This document shows positions 62,652 to 64,000 of a DNA stretch of 64,000 bases, in pieces. The notes beneath the pieces are model-generated. The model saw nothing but the letters and a program-made list of their open reading frames with translations, ran no database searches and was not told where the DNA came from. The DNA is from an uncultured delta proteobacterium (GTDB taxonomy: Bacteria; Desulfobacterota; Binatia; HRBIN30; BPIQ01), in the NCBI GenBank assembly GCA_963761335.1, contig CAVXGR010000018.1, positions 832,001 through 896,000 on the forward strand, written 5' to 3'. Within the stretch, counting starts at the first letter, position 1, and every line of letters begins with the position of its first letter. The position numbers were made by a program, and so were the translations under genes.

Positions 62652-64000
62652 ATGGTTCACCGGCGGACCTCGTATCTCGCCTTGCTCACGGTCATGTGGG
62701 GAGCGCTTTCCTTTCACTGGACGGTGCTCGGCAACAACATCGTGCCGACGCGGGTGCTGGATTTCTCCACGCCCGACACCAAGGGCACGATGCTGGCGAT
62801 CGTCACCGTGGCCGGCGCCTGCATGGCCATGCTGACGGCGCCGCTCGCCGGGGTGCTGAGCGACGAGTCGCGATGGCGCTGGGGGCGCCGCCGCCCGTTT
62901 CTGGCGGCGGGGACGGTGCTCAACTGCTTCGCCCTGCTGGCTCTGGTGGGTGCGCGCTCGTTCACCGGGTTCGTGCTGGCGGCCCTCGCCGTACAGCTCT
63001 TCGCCAACCTGGCCGGAAGCCCCTACACCGCCCTCATCCCCGACCAGGTGCCCGACTATCAAAAGGGGAAGGCGACCGGTTTCGCCGGCTTCTCGGAGGT
63101 GGTCGGCAGGCTGCTGGGGGCGATCGTCGGCGGTCTGCTGATCTCGCTGCCCGCCGTGGCGGCGGTGCTGGCGCCGCTCTTGTTCTTCCTGCCGCGCTAT
63201 CTGGCGCTCGATCCGATGCTGCCGCTCACCCTCATCGTGATCGTGGTGATCTCGGGGGCGATGGTGCTCACCGTCCTGCGGGTCCCCGAGGTACCCGGCG
63301 ACGGCGACAGGGGCGAAGAACGTCCGGGTCTCTGGCGGCGGGCCTTCACCTTCGACGTGCGCGCCGAGAGCAACTTCGCCTGGCTCCTGGCGGCCCGCTC
63401 GATGAACATGCTGGCGATCAACTCGATCACCACCTTTCTGCTCTACTACATTCACGACTATCTCGGCGTCGCCAGCATCGAGCAGGCAAACGCCAAGCTC
63501 GGCTATCTGTTCGCCGTCTCGGCGCTGACCACGCTCCCCAGCGCGCTGTTGGTCGGCTACGCCATCGATCGCTACCAGCGGCGCAAAGTGTGGGTGTACG
63601 CCTCCAGCTTCGGTCTGGCGCTCGTCTGCCTGGCCTTCATCGTCATCGAGCGCTTCTCCGGAGCGCTCGCCGTCGGCGCCGTCTTCGGCCTCTGCTACGG
63701 TGCCTATTTCACCAGCGACTGGTCGCTCGCCCTGATGCTTCTGCCCAAGGGTGATACGGCCGCCAAGTACATGGGAATCTGGAACATCGCCGGGACTGCT
63801 CCGCAGGTCATTGCCCCGGGGATCGGCGGCCTGCTGCTCGACCGCTTCAACCGCGTCGGCGACCATCTCGGCTACCCGGTGCTCTTCCTCACCGTGGTCG
63901 CCTATCTGCTGATCGGGACTGCCATGCTGCTCAAGGTGAAGGAGCCCCGGCCCGGCACCTCCGCGGCGAAACTCGTGGACAGAGCCGCGGGTCAGATGTA
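62652..64000 (+). CDS. MFS transporter (runs to the window edge; true frame not in the ORF track)
   Basis: Frame from ATG 62652 reads MVHRRTSYLALLTVMWGALSFHW...PLAGVLSDESRWRWGRRRPFL (MFS motif A), with multiple TM segments. The last codon is TA- at 63999-64000. Confidence 0.88.
   Translation, partial: MVHRRTSYLALLTVMWGALSFHWTVLGNNIVPTRVLDFSTPDTKGTMLAIVTVAGACMAMLTAPLAGVLSDESRWRWGRRRPFLAAGTVLNCFALLALVGARSFTGFVLAALAVQLFANLAGSPYTALIPDQVPDYQKGKATGFAGFSEVVGRLLGAIVGGLLISLPAVAAVLAPLLFFLPRYLALDPMLPLTLIVIVVISGAMVLTVLRVPEVPGDGDRGEERPGLWRRAFTFDVRAESNFAWLLAARSMNMLAINSITTFLLYYIHDYLGVASIEQANAKLGYLFAVSALTTLPSALLVGYAIDRYQRRKVWVYASSFGLALVCLAFIVIERFSGALAVGAVFGLCYGAYFTSDWSLALMLLPKGDTAAKYMGIWNIAGTAPQVIAPGIGGLLLDRFNRVGDHLGYPVLFLTVVAYLLIGTAMLLKVKEPRPGTSAAKLVDRAAGQM

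Noticed and set aside
62633..63754. 373-aa ORF in the track
   Set aside because: Wrong frame; the real gene is the MFS transporter starting at 62652.

Overview
GC-rich bacterial chromosomal window with no rRNA, tRNA, CRISPR array or transposase visible. The gene repertoire (Pro/Thr-linker FG-GAP surface proteins, Cys-TM-Arg C-terminal sorting tails, Cys-bracketed dockerin-like repeat, many acyl-CoA enzymes) suggests a deltaproteobacteria-like lineage such as Binatota; this is inference only. In order it holds: the end of a surface-glycan modification cluster (GT4, TylF and other methyltransferases, AsnB, HTTM pair); a small lipoprotein; VKOR-DsbA; a dnaA with upstream DnaA boxes but no dnaN; two anchored FG-GAP proteins; an HMGS-DUF35/thiolase pair; an orphan histidine kinase; a class III CoA-transferase pair; a three-gene surface operon; an anchored S8 protease; fabF with two ArsA/Get3 ATPases; rplU-rpmA-obg-proB-nadD-rsfS-lapAB; plsX-HAD phosphatase-cutA; pilT/pilU; a CPBP protease; rlpA; tldD/pmbA; lutBCA; queG; an acyl-CoA dehydrogenase/MaoC block; and an MFS transporter. 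The best candidate for an undescribed system is 24669-28281, a promoter-to-terminator operon that looks like a non-cellulolytic cohesin-dockerin assembly: FG-GAP propeller with dockerin, cohesin+dockerin adaptor, and cohesin with Pro/Thr stalk and MYXO-CTERM-like anchor. Four proteins share that anchor tail and a candidate sorting protease lies at 44513-45142. Five intergenic sigma-54 promoter motifs, one upstream of dnaA, were also seen. All domain calls are by eye from motifs; no searches were run.
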